Assembly: GCF_002113885.1 (NCBI RefSeq)
Contig: NW_018408922.1
Location: forward strand, 1-64,000
Reading direction: 5' to 3'
Source of the DNA: Mizuhopecten yessoensis
Taxonomy: Eukaryota
Length of the DNA: 64,000 nt
Shown here piece by piece: positions 38,301 to 52,166 of the stretch. Both the position numbers and the translations under genes were made by a program. Under the pieces are notes generated by a model. It ran no database searches and was not told the origin of the DNA. It saw only the letters and a program-made list of their open reading frames with translations. Position 1 is the first letter of the stretch. Every line of letters starts with the position of its first letter.

Positions 38301-41300
38301 TTCCCAGTTCATCCGCCGACACAGTACCGTCTCCATCCTTATCGAATACGCGGAATGCCATCTTGTATTCTTTGGTGTAAACAACAAATATCATTAGAAA
38401 TAAACTTTATTTTAATGACGAAAGACTACGACACATGAATTGTCTAACTATAAATTAACAGTGGAAAACATCAGAAGTAGATGTTTTTTATCGATGTGTG
38501 AAGTCATCGCTATCCTTGTGTAATATAATCGGAACATACTTGTATGAATAACATATAGAGTTGTTAGGAGTATGAATAACATATAAAGTTGTTAGGAGCA
38601 TGAATAACATGTAGAGTTGTTAGGAGTATAAATAACATAACGAGTTGTTAGGAGTATGAATAACATATTAAGTTGTTAGGAGTATGAATAACATTTAAAG
38701 TTGTTAGGAGTATGAATAACATATAGAGTTGTTAGGAGCATGAATAACATATAGATTTGTTAGGAGCATGAATAACATAAGGAGTTGTTAGGAGTATAAA
38801 TAATATATAGGGTTGTAAGGAGCATGAATAACATATAGAGTTGTTAGGAGCATGAATAACATATATAGAGTTGTTAGGAGTATAAATAACAAATAGGGTT
38901 GTTAGGAGCATGAATAACATATAGAGTTGTTAGGAATATGAATAACATAAAGAGTTGTTAGGAGCATGAATAACATATGAAGTTGTTAAAAGTTTGAATA
39001 ACATATAGAGGTGTTAGGAGCATAAATAACATATAGAGTTGTTAGGAGTATGAATAACATACAGAGTTGTTAGGAGTATGAATAACATAAAGTGTTGTTA
39101 GGAGTATGTATAATATATAGAGTTGTTAGGAGTATGAATAGCATATAGAGTTGTTAGGAGTATGAATAATATATAGAGTTGTTAGGAGTATGAATAACAT
39201 ATAGAGTTGTTAGGAGAATGAATAACATATTGAGTTGTTAGGAGTATGAATAACATATAAAGTTGTAAGGCGTATGAATAGCATATAAAGTTGTTAGGAG
39301 TATGAATAACATATAGAGTTGTTAGGAGTATGAATAACATAATAAGTTGTTAGGAGTATGAATAACATATAGAGTTGTAAGGAGTATGAATAACATATAA
39401 AGTTGTTAGGAGTATGAATAACATATAGAGTTGTTAGGAGTATGAATAACATATTAAGTTGTTAGGAGTATAAATAACATATAGAGTTGTAAGGAGTATG
39501 AATAACATATAAAGTTGTTAGGAGTATGAATAACATATAGAGTTGTTAGGAGTATGAATAACATATTAAGTTGTTAGGAGTATAAATAACATATAGAGTT
39601 GTAAGGAGTATGAATAACATATAAAGTTGTTAGGAGTATGAATAACATATAGAGTTGTTAGGAGTATGAATAACATATTAAGTTGTTAGGAGTATAAATA
39701 ACTGCTCCGTGCTGGAGATGTAATGTGGCCATTTTATATTCCACTTGGGTTGTTGGAGCTGTGTTGTCAGGAGAAAAACACCGACAATGCAAATATAATC
39801 TGATTGACCTTGGGAGACAGAGCGAGCTGTTAAACTGAATAGTCAATCATTAAATTAAAGGACGGAATAAACAGCATTAATATGTCTCTATAGATGTTTA
39901 AAAGCTTTAGGAATTCGCCATGTTCACTTGATATCCACGGTACCCATTGTCATTGCCATTAACGATCTTTAAGTGCAATGACGTTATGTGTGTTTAATCA
40001 AACAACGGAACAAAGATTCGTACCCCGGACTAATTCCATTCAAAATCCTAAACTAGAAAAATATATGTTACTGTTGTAAGAAGGTAAACTAGAAACCTGA
40101 AAGTTTGAAGGGTTGCTGTTAAAATTACATATCTAAAACATATATTAAATTAAATGAAAATAAAAGTGATAACGTCATTGACGTTCAAAATATAACATCT
40201 AGGAAGAGCAATGAGTTGTATTGACTTCAGATATGTACAAAGTATTGGTATCAGGAAATAACGATCTCCAGTTCCAAAGTCAATGACTGAACAAAAATAT
40301 TATAGATCAGTAATCATTCTGTGGTCTAAACTACTGTTTAAATGTTACAAACATATCAAATTTCAAGCCGAACATGTTACAAATAATATACGTACATTAA
40401 ACGAAATACACATTCTGTACTGGAGAGTTGGCCTTTGAGTATTATAGTTTTTCAAATGAAAATGGCCCAACTCTTACAATACTGTTCATTATATACTTTG
40501 AAAAGCCAGTGTCTAAATACCAAATGTTCTGATAATGTCCATACGAGGTTAAACAGTTAACCAACACCACGATGTAAGTACAAAGAGGAAATAATCAATT
40601 CCCTTGTCATCCCTACAGACCGTAGTTGTTATAGCCAACATGGCTACACTGGAACCATAATAATAATTAATGGATAATTTTGTCAGTACCACCACGCGGG
40701 ATTCTATGGAATTTCCACTGTGCTGTATTTATCTCCATATCAATGGGTTATCTAACCGGACCCTAAGAAAATCAAACGATGCATTTCTAAGGCTCGTGAT
40801 ATTTCTTCAGTAAGATTATAAAGACACTGTGCATCCTAAATATTACTATTCTCGCAGGAGCTTTTAGCAACTATTTATCTGATAATCCTCGAAGTTCGAT
40901 TCTCATTGGACAAGTTTCAAAGAACCCTTTGATATCTCGGTATATCATATTATGAAATAATTATACAAAGCTAAATTTACAATTCAAACGGGATAAAAGA
41001 CAAAAGATAACATCGATAACTCACATATAGGTTTTTTAATCCCTGCTAGAAATTCTTTTTAGTTCAGTGCGAAACATTGTGTAAATGAAACTGGCTATGT
41101 TGTTGCGAATATTTGTTTAGCGACACTTACAGTGCAAACATTGTAAAGAGGTTTGGTGCTATATAGAGAGAAACATAGAAAAGAATTGTTAAGAAGGAGA
41201 AGGACAATGGAATTGATGTTATGGCTGTCTGCACAACCCCAACCTATTGTGACCAAATGTAACTTTATTCTTTAGATGAATATTTGTTACTGCTAGATAT

Positions 41301-43935
41301 TGATTTGCAACAGATATTATTGACTTGATTCTGCACTAAGGTGATTTGTCTAGATGAAATGGTTATATAGCAAATACCATACAAGTTATATATATTTGTT
41401 GCTTTTTTCTAACTCACCCTCAATCTGCTCCTCCGCAAGTCCTTCAAATGTCTCATCTATAAGCTGTGAAGAAATATTAAGTTTTTCGTATATTAACAAA
41501 CTAAGCTAAAACAACGCGTTAGTATTCGTTTGCTGATAATAGGGGGCATTCCAATAAGTTATTTTAAAACACAAGTTTTTGTTTTGATATGGAAACTTAT
41601 CACTGTCCAATAATTGTATATATATATATATATTCCTTATAGAAGAGTCACACCTTCTGTCACATGTACCTACCCAGCTATTAAACAGTTAACCTTCATA
41701 ACAATTAAGCTGTCGATTATTTGCATCTTTCAATTGTATTGTTTACATTCTCGTATGTATGATTTATAATTATCAATAGGTAAAATAAGCTATGAGCCTC
41801 TGTACAATGGTCTAACATTATCCTCTGTTCTTCTTTAAACTAAAATGTATCCAGGTCAAGCTTCATTGCATGTTTGTCCTTAGGTTTAAATCTTACTAAA
41901 TCTAATATATATTGTTAACTACAACTCCAGCTAAAGAAAACATTTAAAAAGTCGTTAATGCATAAATTTAAACATGGCTGTATATTGACACTATATTCGT
42001 CGTGGTGTAATCAACTGAAAACTGAAAAAAAAAAGAAAAAAAAAATGCACTTCATCTTCAACAATCAAACATCTGCAATGTCTATAAAACACTATGTAGT
42101 TACGGCAACCTTAAGTAACAACACAACACATATGTCACATCGTTAAATTATTCAAATATTGANNNNNNNNNNNNNNNNNNNNNNNNNNNNNNNNNNNNNN
42201 NNNNNNNNNNNNNNNNNNNNNNNNNNNNNNNNNNNNNNNNNNNNNNNNNNNNNNNNNNNNNNNNNNNNNNNNNNNNNNNNNNNNNNNNNNNNNNNNNNNN
42301 NNNNNNNNNNNNNAGCTGTCTGACTAACTGACCTCTGATTAATCGATATATTGATTGATATAACTGATATTGATTGGGTGCAAGTGTTTATGTTCAAATA
42401 CGTTTTGATAGATTGTCCAGAAATTCATGTATTTAAGAAAATAGGCATCAGGTTTATAAATCACAGGAAAGTAAACTTAGCCCAAGTAGCATTAAGCATT
42501 GACCACCAAATACCCTTTGGTTCATTACAATTATTGCCAACTGTGCTGCAATGATGGGAAACATTTTTGGTTTTGAATGACAAAGGCAATGGGAACTTAT
42601 TTAATGTTTTCACTCCGACTCAGCTACAGTGGACAATATGCTACTGAAGATAAATTACGAAAATGTGTATCGATGTTTGTTGTTGTTTCATCACCGACTA
42701 TAATGTAGTCGAGTGGGTGTTAAACGTCATTACGTCGGTAACAAACTGTCCTACGTCATCACTAGCTGTGTAGTAATAAACTACACTACATCATCACTAA
42801 CTATGTAGAACTAAGCAATAAATTTGGTCTCACAACGGATCACATTTCTTTTTTATCTGATTCAATAATTATAAAGTTTGAAAATGTCACGGCATGAGCT
42901 GAACATGAAGATAACGCTTACAGTATTAAACATTCAGATTTCGATGAATTAATGTTTTTTTTCTAAAAAACGAATCATTATACACATTGTAATCTCAGCA
43001 AAGCAAACAAAATGTTATGATAAAGGTTTCCACTCTTGAAATGTAATGAGATGTCGTTCAACGAAAATGATTTGTGAATTGATACTGTTCCCCAACAACA
43101 AAACACTGCCAGACAAAATACCTTTTGTTGCTCTGCTGTTATCTGTAAACATGTAATAGTAAACAATATGTCCCTGATCACGTGAAACAATATAACAACA
43201 ACGGTATTTAAAAGAATTTGAGTCGTTAATATTCTGGTTAACCGACGTAAAATTAATCAATTAATAAAACAAAACACGGATAAAGTATATGACCATTGAT
43301 TTGAGTCTGACAATTGTTAATTAGGCAAGAAAAGTGTTACTGTTATCTGAAAGTAAAGGACATTAAAAAATTTAAAGATCTTGTAAGGCACTGTGATAAA
43401 TTCTCCGCCTAGAAAAATGTTATTCATATATTTAACAAAATGATTTAAATTACATAAATGCTTACGTGATATGGCACATATAATACAGACACGATTGTAA
43501 TTGTATTTCACCTTGGTGTTAAAAATATATCTCCAAATTTAAACAACTTTTGATGCAATGTAAATTGCTTTCTATAAATAGCATCGTCCTTTATTAGTTG
43601 TTGGTTGTTTGCCAAAAACTATTTTTTGCTAGTTGAACGACCATATACGCAGAACTGAAACATACAGTTATAATTTAATTTGCAAATCAAAATAATGGCT
43701 ACTCATAGAGATGTTTGCTATATTCTTGAATGTTTACAGAGGTAAATAATATGTATGTCTTTGTTTTGGTTTAAAAACATATAGCTATGTACTTATCTGC
43801 GATCAATTAATGGCAATGTTTGTAAATAAAAAAATAAAATGGTCCCATTGAGGTCTTTATAATTTTGAAAAATATTTATATATTACACCTGTAATTCGTA
43901 TATGATAATTGTAGGCGTTAACTACTTACCGCCAT
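35228..43935 (-). CDS. Calmodulin-like protein D (171 aa), join(43935-43930,41463-41418,38369-38226,36246-36004,35304-35228)
   Basis: [171 protein letters not shown]. Confidence 0.9.
35411..35590. mobile_element. Dispersed non-autonomous repeat (copy 2, shorter)
   Basis: Homologous to 31180-31545; lies in the last intron of CaML-D. Confidence 0.65.
36004..36246 (-). CDS. CaML-D 243-nt exon
   Basis: cacacttag|GT AAC GGA ... TAT GAA G|gtgcgt. Confidence 0.95.
37788..38178. repeat. 64-bp minisatellite with alternating A/B units
   Basis: ggtcagytatcac-like motif recurs at 37838, 37902, 37966, 38030 and 38094. Confidence 0.85.
38226..38369 (-). CDS. CaML-D 144-nt exon (missed by ORF track on its own strand)
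   Basis: ttacaccaaag|AA TAC AAG ATG GCA TTC CGC GTA TTC GAT AAG GAT GGA GAC ... ACA GAC G|gtaagt. Confidence 0.94.
38542..39702. repeat. 28-bp minisatellite (about 41 copies)
   Basis: Unit atgaataacatatagagttgttaggagt. Confidence 0.97.
41418..41463 (-). CDS. CaML-D exon 2 ([15 protein letters not shown])
   Basis: ttcttcacag|CTT ATA GAT ... GAG CAG ATT GAG G|gtgagt. Confidence 0.88.
42163..42313. other. Assembly gap (N run)
   Basis: Run of n in CaML-D intron 1. Confidence 1.
43930..43935 (-). CDS. CaML-D probable start exon (MA)
   Basis: gcagaATG GCG|gtaagt, phase 0. An N-gap lies in this intron, so an alternative start exon could be hidden. Confidence 0.7.
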
Positions 43936-44147
43936 TCTGCCTGTTTGGTTTGTTCCAGCAGCCGTATGCAATGATTCCTGTGGGGACAGGTGAGTTATTT
44001 ACCCAAGTCGACAGCAAGGTACGTGTTTATCTTTTGACAATTTGTCTATGTTCAAAATGGCTGCTGCTATTCTGTCTGGCAAGGAATGAGAATCCTTCTA
44101 TTGCCACAATAAACCTTTCTGCATGACCACGCCACTTCGAGGTATCT

Positions 44148-44154
44148 CTTTATA
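44148..44154 (-). promoter_or_regulatory. Candidate TATA box of CaML-D
   Basis: TATAAAG on the minus strand, about 215 nt upstream of the ATG. Confidence 0.4.
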
Positions 44155-47100
44155 GGTCTGTGTTTGATGACCCGTTCATTGTTTCAGGTGACCGTTGTTT
44201 CAGACCAGGATAGGACGTATTCCAAAGTGTATTGTACTTCTGAACCGAGGTGTTGTGGCGCTATTCAGCGGTATTGATTCTTACCTGGGTAATATACCTA
44301 TCCGACAATATCATTAATGCATCATCGACACGAGACTTAAACTGTCACAAAGCCTCAGCCATACATGTAGATCTATATATATATATGTGGTTGTGTGTGT
44401 GTGTGTTAGAGATTCTTCAGGAGACGTTAAAAATCATTGTACATAATTTGCATACATGATAAACAGGTCGATAACCCCGGGTATACTGTGTATCTCAGAT
44501 ACAAGTATTTTTGTGTTCAACTTGATGCCTTGATAAAACGGTATTTATGTATTTGTATTTACCTGGTGCGATTGTGTAACAAAGGTTTTGTTTTATTTGT
44601 TAATTCTTAAATACGGTGTGCGATTAGGACAATCTAAATAGATTTAACCTCTGAGGTAGATGTGTATCCTACGCGGAGAATCGATGAAAGACAAACACAC
44701 CTGAAGTGGAATCAATCGACATCAGGTTCTGGACCACGACTTGACAATAGCGTCACTAAAACCCTTTGAGTATTTGGAAAGAGCGACATATTGATCTATC
44801 TTTAGTAGTACACGATATATACAATGACTGGCCGTCCATTATTAATCGTTAAATGTTGCCTGGATCCGTACCCAGCTTTTATCCTGAGTATACAGCTTCT
44901 AGGTATATAGCATACAGAAAATATTGCTTTTTTTCTCGTGTTTATAGATGAAGGTTTCATTGAAATTTTGAACATAATACCTTATAGAATTTTAAAACAG
45001 TATTTCATATAAAAAGAAACCGAAATGTAAATAAAACCGTAATGCGAGCTCAAAATCAATCAAATTAACGTAAATTGAATTGTGTTTGGACAAAAGATCT
45101 ACTGAAAGATCCTTGAAAAAGTACATAGAATCTAAGACCAGCAAAAATATAGAAAAATCTTTATTCCTGAAAAATTGGTTCTCCTTTCCATTCTAGAGCA
45201 CCATGTTTTCCTTCTGATGTTATTTTCTTTTAAGAACACGGTGTTTCCTTCTTGTGTTGGTCTCCCATCGGTTTCTGTTGTTGTCTTTTGTATTTTAGGA
45301 TAATGTTATTATTTATTGACACCGTGAATATATTTCATTTTTCTGTAACACCATTTGTAAGACCTGAATGTTCACTTTCTAATTTTGGTGAGGCTCAGAA
45401 TGTCATGTTCTTTTGTTTGTTTCTTCATGATTGGTTCCTGATGTATTGTCGTACACGTGCATGTACATCAGATTTGTCCTGTATCTTAATACTGCAAAGT
45501 ATAGACGGATTTGTTTGTTTGATTTAATATCGCAAATTAATTCTTAATCGCAATATGACATACTTTGTCAACAGTGCCTCTTAACGTGCGAAACAGCCAC
45601 TATATACAGTACTTGCATGACAAAGACACCTTTACCGCGACACAGCAATACAATTCGAACAACACGAACGCTTTTTAGTATTTTATTTCTTATTTACAAA
45701 TGGTAGAAGGGAAATATGTGTATGTATGACATGGACGAAATGAATTCAAACCTAATAATTATAATGGTTTATGTAAACACAAATGTACACACACAACTGT
45801 GTCACCAAGTCCCACAGAGCACAATGGTAACAATCGGTAGAGTTTAGCGTATGCTCACACGTACTCAACCAGTATTTAAGGTTGAAATGTCAGACCTGGT
45901 TCTACGTATAGAAATCATTTTAATGATTAAAGAGATTTAAACGATTTCTAAAATTATAAGTAAACACTGGCAAGAGGAATTCAATTACTATTCACTTTGT
46001 AGATGATAAACGATAACTGCAGGATGTTTGAATTATGGTTAACCAAATATTTTGCTTGTGAATGTATATACTGCCAGTTATGTGATCTTCGCGGAATGTT
46101 ATTTTACATCTGTATAGTGCAGAGCAGTTTTTTTCTTCGGCATGTTGTATCAAATACCAAATTGTTTAGCCGTCGAAACATGTGTGTGATGTAAATTGTA
46201 CGTTCATCTTTTAGGATACAGGGTGTGAGTTTCTACAAGTGGACTTCTGCGTCCCTGAGGTGTCAGCTCTTTTGAATCGTGGCAGGGTTCTAGCAATCAC
46301 ACTTTAGTCATTGTTGGAATTGACCAGTTCTACTTTAATTTCTAAAAGTCATATATATATATATAAGGGGTTTAAGAACCTACTGCTCTGTTTAAACAGC
46401 AGTTAAGAGGAGTTTGTGATATCCACCTAATTGTCTCTAGAGTTAACAGACGAGTACTAGCAGGACGATGCAGTTTCCGTGGAGTACGCGAACAAAATCA
46501 GATGTATTGAGGTATTAACAGGTTCGCTGTAGGCAAAAAGTTAACCATAATAGTGATATTTATGTTTCAATCTCGAGATGACGAAACAAAATCAGTATTA
46601 GGTATGCGTTAAACCAATTTTATACAGTGCATTTTGTTTTAAGAACAAAGACAACCTGCTTTTTTAGCAACAGAAATATTGAAACATTGCAAGTCGAAAC
46701 AAAACAAATATCATAGTCTTGACACAACCAAATAATCAGCAAAAGTCCCATTAATTGAATGTTCAACTTTCGTTCGAGGGAAAATAGTTAACTTTAATTT
46801 CAACTATATTTGTCGGAAGATAACGGGAAAGATTTCATATATAAAAATAATATATGCTCATATGTATATGCTTTACTTATTGGAAGATAACAAGAAAGAC
46901 CGATTTTGTGTGTTAACAGAGCAAGGTTAAAATTAAAACGTAATTTTATTCAAGACAAATAACGTCCGTTATGACGAACACTGAAACAGATCTTGCAGAT
47001 CATAAAATATATGAGCAAAGGCAAAATATGGTTATTTCGACCTTAAATGGCAGGATAGACGGATAAAACAATTGTTTAAAGGAACATTTCTTATTTTCCA

Positions 47101-47287
47101 AATAATAAAATAAGGAAGTTTTTGGATGGAACTGAACAGTCGGAAATTAGCTATCAATTATTCGCGATGAAGAAATAAAAAACAATGAAGAAATATAAAA
47201 ACAATGGCACCATTCACCGAAAAGGAAACAAACAGAATATTACCTTCGAAATGAACAGAAAGCTAACATAAATACGTCATTAATGGG

Positions 47288-48208
47288 AGTCCAGTTTTCT
47301 CTTATACAGTCCTCTCTTCTGTCATACAGTCCTGTCCTCTCTCATACAGTCCTGTATTCTCTCATACAGTCCTGTCTTATCTCAAACAGTCCTGTCTTCT
47401 CTCATACAGTCCTGTCCTCACTCATACATTCTTGTCTTCTCTCATACAGTCCTGTCCTCACTCATACATTCTTGTCTTCTCTCATACAGTCCTGTCTTCT
47501 CTCATATAGTCCTGTCCTCTCCCATACAGTCCTGTTCTCTCTCATACAGTCCTGTCTTCTCTCATACAGTCATGTCCTCTCTCATACAGTCCTGTCCTCT
47601 CTCATACAGTCCTGTCTATTCTCTCATACAGTCCTGTCTTCTCTCATACAGTCCTGTCCTCTCTCATACAGTCCTGTCTTCTCTCTCATACAGTCCAGTC
47701 TTCTCTCATACAGTCATGTTCTCTCTCATACAGTCCTGTCTTCTCTCATACAGTCCAGTCCTTTCTCATACAGTCCAGTCCTTTCTCATACAGTCCTGTA
47801 CTCTCTCATACAGTCCTGTCTTCTCTCATACAGTCCTGTCTTCTCTCATAGAGTACTGTCTTCTTTCATACAGTCCTGTCCTCTCTCATACAGTCCTGTC
47901 TTCTCTCATACAGTCCTGTCTTCTCTCATATAGTCCTGTCCTCTCCCATACAGTCCTGTTCTCTCTCATACAGTCCTGTCTTCTCTCATACAGTCATGTC
48001 TTCTCTCATACAGTCCTGTCCTCACTCATACATTCTTGTCTTCTCTCATACAGTCCTGTCTTCTCTCATACAGTCCTGTCTTCTCTCTCATAGTACTGTC
48101 TTCTCTCATACAGTCCTGTCTTCTCTCATACAGTCCTGCTTTCTCTCATATAGTCCTGTTCTCTCCCATACAGTCCTGTTCTCTCTCATACAGTCTGTCT
48201 TCTCTCAT
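47288..48208. repeat. 20-bp minisatellite (about 45 copies)
   Basis: Unit cagtcctgtcttctctcata; the source of the 216-aa and 173-aa spurious ORFs. Confidence 0.97.
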
Positions 48209-48467
48209 GTGTCTAGTTGTTTCAGCAGAGAATTACAATATTTTCTTCTTTAATCAATGGTTTCCACACGTGAAAGATAACATAAGTTACAAAGTGATTT
48301 AATTAATATAGAAATACGATGACATATAATACTGAGGATTATTATTATTAATTATTGCTAAATTACTTCCATTGTTAGTTATAAGCAACGTATAAATCAG
48401 GCATGGTGTCCCATTGGAAGGCTTCCCCGGATGCATCCTGTCTGATGTTGATAAGGCGTTATCTGTG

Positions 48468-48493
48468 TCAGTGGGACATCATTTGTACAAACT
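48468..48493 (-). CDS. CaML-E terminal exon (EFVQMMSH*)
   Basis: ctttttatatttttcag|AG TTT GTA CAA ATG ATG TCC CAC TGA. Confidence 0.9.
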
Positions 48494-51400
48494 CTGAAAA
48501 ATATAAAAAGAGCAACATGTTTTAAATGGCATATTTACATGCATATCGCGACCTGACTTAAGAGGACCTATTTTATGACATTTTTGTGTGTGTCGAGTAA
48601 AAAGTAAAACATTGATTTCGATGATAATCGTTTTGTGTAGTCAGTTGACTTCTTAATCGTATATACATTAAACCTTCACGTGAGACATTCTGGTCCTTGA
48701 ATTGTATCTAGAATGTAAAGCAGAATATACACAAAATAAACAACTACCTAAATACAAGAGAAAAACAATCATCAACATTAAATCAAACAAAATAATTCAA
48801 CATACTGAACCAGGGTGTAAATAATCATAAGCCAGTGTATACCACAGCGTCAACACACAAAATCTAAATTATCATGGTCTAAACACACGAGGACAAAATG
48901 TACCACAGCGTCAACAAACAAAATCTAAATTATCATGGTCTAAACACACCAGGACAAAATGTTCCACAGCGTCAACAAATAAAATCTAAATTATCATGGT
49001 CTAAACACACCAGGACAAAATGTACCACAGCGTCAAAACACAAAATCTAAATTATTATGGTCTAAACACACCAGGACAAAATGTACCACAGCATCAACAA
49101 ACAAAATCTAAATTATCATGGTCTAAACACACCAGGACAAAATGTACCACAGCTTCACCACACAAAATCAAAATAATCATGGTCTAAACACACCACGACT
49201 AAATGTACCACAGCGTCAGTACACAAGGGAAAAATGTACCACAGCGTCAACACACACAATCTAAATTATCATGGTCTAAACACACCAGGACAAAATGTAC
49301 CACAGCATCAGCACACAAGGACAAAATGTACCACAGCGTCAACACACAAAATCAAAATTATCATGGTCTAAACACACCAGGACAAAATGTAACACAGCGT
49401 CAGTACACAAGGAAAAAATGTACCACAGCGTCAACACACAAAATCAAAATGATAATAGTCTAAACACACCAGGACAAAATGTACTACAGCGTCAGTAATC
49501 AAGGACAAAAAATGTATCACACATCCAACATTTGAGGACAAAATATAATTCACCGTCTATACACAACGGAAAAACACATCACAAAGTCAACACCCAAGGA
49601 CAAAATTGATTAATAAAAGTCGACACCATAAAACAACTACAGAAGCTGAGTGAAGGGGTATCACGACAAAAGGAAAAACAGCATGGACCCACTAAAAGTT
49701 CCGAAAAAAATATCAGGATCTCTAGCAGATCGATAAGCGGTTTTGCACCAAATATGGCTGCTGTCATGATACTTCCTGTCAAATCCGGGATCGGTAGTCA
49801 GTCGATGACAACCAAACACACTGTGAGGTATCGTTAATCATGACCGACACTAATCCGTATTGTATTGAAGGTCAACAAAGCATGACATGACACTCCTTAC
49901 TTATTAAAGCCATAATTATATCTGTTGTGGAAGGGTACTGTGTTAATGCAGTCGTCAACTCTGCATCACGAAGGATTCTCTTTTACAACATTCTCACTGG
50001 GTCATGGTACGCCTCTGTTAAACTTTTCTTACGGAATATACATCATTGCGTCGGTCGTTTTAGCTGGTTTGGTGTCTGTCGTTAATTAAAAAAGTATAGT
50101 TTCAATTGCTGAGTGATGATATTACTAAGTTGTGTAATACGAGTTGTTCCAGTCCTAACAGGGGTTCCATTGACTTATTGATGGCATCCCCACGTGTCAT
50201 ATACATTGCTTTTGGTCGTTAAAGTTGTCGGGTGTCTGTTCAATATTAATTAGTGTACGTATTGCCTAGTCATGGCTCTCATATATGTAAGATATAAACA
50301 ATGCGCGTGCGTGCATTATGGTGGAGTACATGTATATAACGAGGGTACGTAGGTAATGCCTGAAGGTCGCTTGTGGTCTAAATTGATTGTTTTTCAAACA
50401 TTTTCAATTCAAAGAACCCCGAGTCATATTTTCCAACATATTATACAAACATATGTTTATTATATCTGTTCTACAAAGCAAAATATAACGTAAGTCTTTT
50501 TCGTGTTAACTTTGGTGCCCGTACGCCTACGATAAGCAAGGTAATCCTGATATCCTATAATTCAAATTAGGCTATTCTTTTGCGCACGATAACATTTGTC
50601 ACGTGGTGCTTATGTCTTCATTTCCAATAAGTTCGACTTTTTATCGTTTCTGACCTTGTGGACAGCTGTATCATTTTGTGTAATTAACCTACATTTGGGA
50701 ATGATTCATTAGTTTCAGTCGCAATTTGATCGACAGACGATATACCGAATGTTTATTTCATCAATCAATCAAAACCAACGATCTATCGACATCGCTCGTC
50801 AACGCAAGGATTCAGCAATTTTACAGATTTACAAACAGGATTTCAAGTCACCTTTGCGAAAAGTTCAGTCACGGACTGAAAGCGTATTTCGCGGTTCAGC
50901 AAACATTTATTACCGTAAGCTTGTCAGGTATAAAGCAGATTTAAAGTTTAAACAGAAACTTGTTTTCGTCCGTTAGGAAATCTTCAAAAACAACATCTAA
51001 CTGTGGCTCGGTTGTAATATTTTTGCGTGGAAGATTTTTGATAGTTTTTGGTCTGCTAGCGCTTGTCCTATTGTCCAATAATACATGGTCATAAATCAAT
51101 GGAAAGTGTCGTTGCATCGATTGCAAACCTGATGTCATATCCATAATGCCGATGATTCGTTTTACCTTTCAGGTTGTCTGTCGATAGTGAAAATTGTATC
51201 AATGTCGCATATTTTGTTTCAAGTCACAATCGTTTTCGTCATTTTTACAGATAAAGAAATCAATATTTATTCTGAACATCAAAAAAAATTTGAAGAGAAA
51301 TGGACCATATTCACGAGTAGAAGATATACAAAATATTTATCTAGAAGAAATCAGTATGGTTACGATTACATTCAGCTTAAACAAACGTACATACAATATA

Positions 51401-52122
51401 GCAATTAGCCATTTTGTTTCAAAATCTGGAAGTAAAATGAATTTCAGCCAATAGGACACATGTGTGTCACATACGATCTGTGGTAAACTATATACTTCCC
51501 AGTATTGTACGGGACATGGGTGCTACACGTATTACAGAAGACGTAATTGTACACAAATATCAATACACAGTGGAGAAACCCCCTCACTAAATTATGTATG
51601 ACCACGTAATGCATTGTAACAACAGCAAGTCATCCATTGAAGGGCGAGTGATTGACAGATTGTTATCAGGTAATTGACATTGTGTTCGGCATTCAACCGA
51701 CACGTTATGGTCTGGTTAACGAGATGGAGATATTTCAATTAGTGCAATGAGCCGCATCATCAGCCACGGGTCGTCTGCAGGGAGGAGAATGAAACTACAT
51801 GTACAGTTACAATGTGTTAGAGTTCCCTCCCCTTGGTTTTCAGCTTCAAAAAGATATGTGGCAGCAAAACAGAAATACAAATGACATTTCAGCATATTAC
51901 AACCGACATTTTAGTCTTCTGTTTGCCACCTTTGTTGCTATCTTAGTGGCAAATTAGATTGCGAAAATGTTATATATAACTATTAACACGTAAATAAACA
52001 GGTAAATAATTGTATGTATGATAGATGTATCTTGACCCTCTTTGGAACATAATTGTCCTTTTTCCCAAGGAAAATCAAGGCACTGTATCCGATAGATAAG
52101 GATGTGATGTTGTTAATGTACG

Positions 52123-52166
<44 letters not shown>

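Noticed and set aside
38542-39702. CRISPR-like appearance of the 28-bp (and 27-bp, 35-bp) repeat arrays
   Set aside because: Units are head-to-tail with no unique spacers, there are no cas genes, and the context is eukaryotic intron.
47283-48302. Longest ORFs in the track (216, 173, 85 and 88 aa; Ser/Leu-rich)
   Set aside because: They are translations of the 20-bp minisatellite, which lacks stops on this strand. No splice or domain support.
50726-50976. Faint resemblance of the peptides FYRF...KFSHGLK and YYRKLVRYK to the C-terminus of Penelope-like reverse transcriptases
   Set aside because: Similarity is from memory and too weak, with no RT core motifs. A tBLASTn/HMM search against repeat libraries would be needed.
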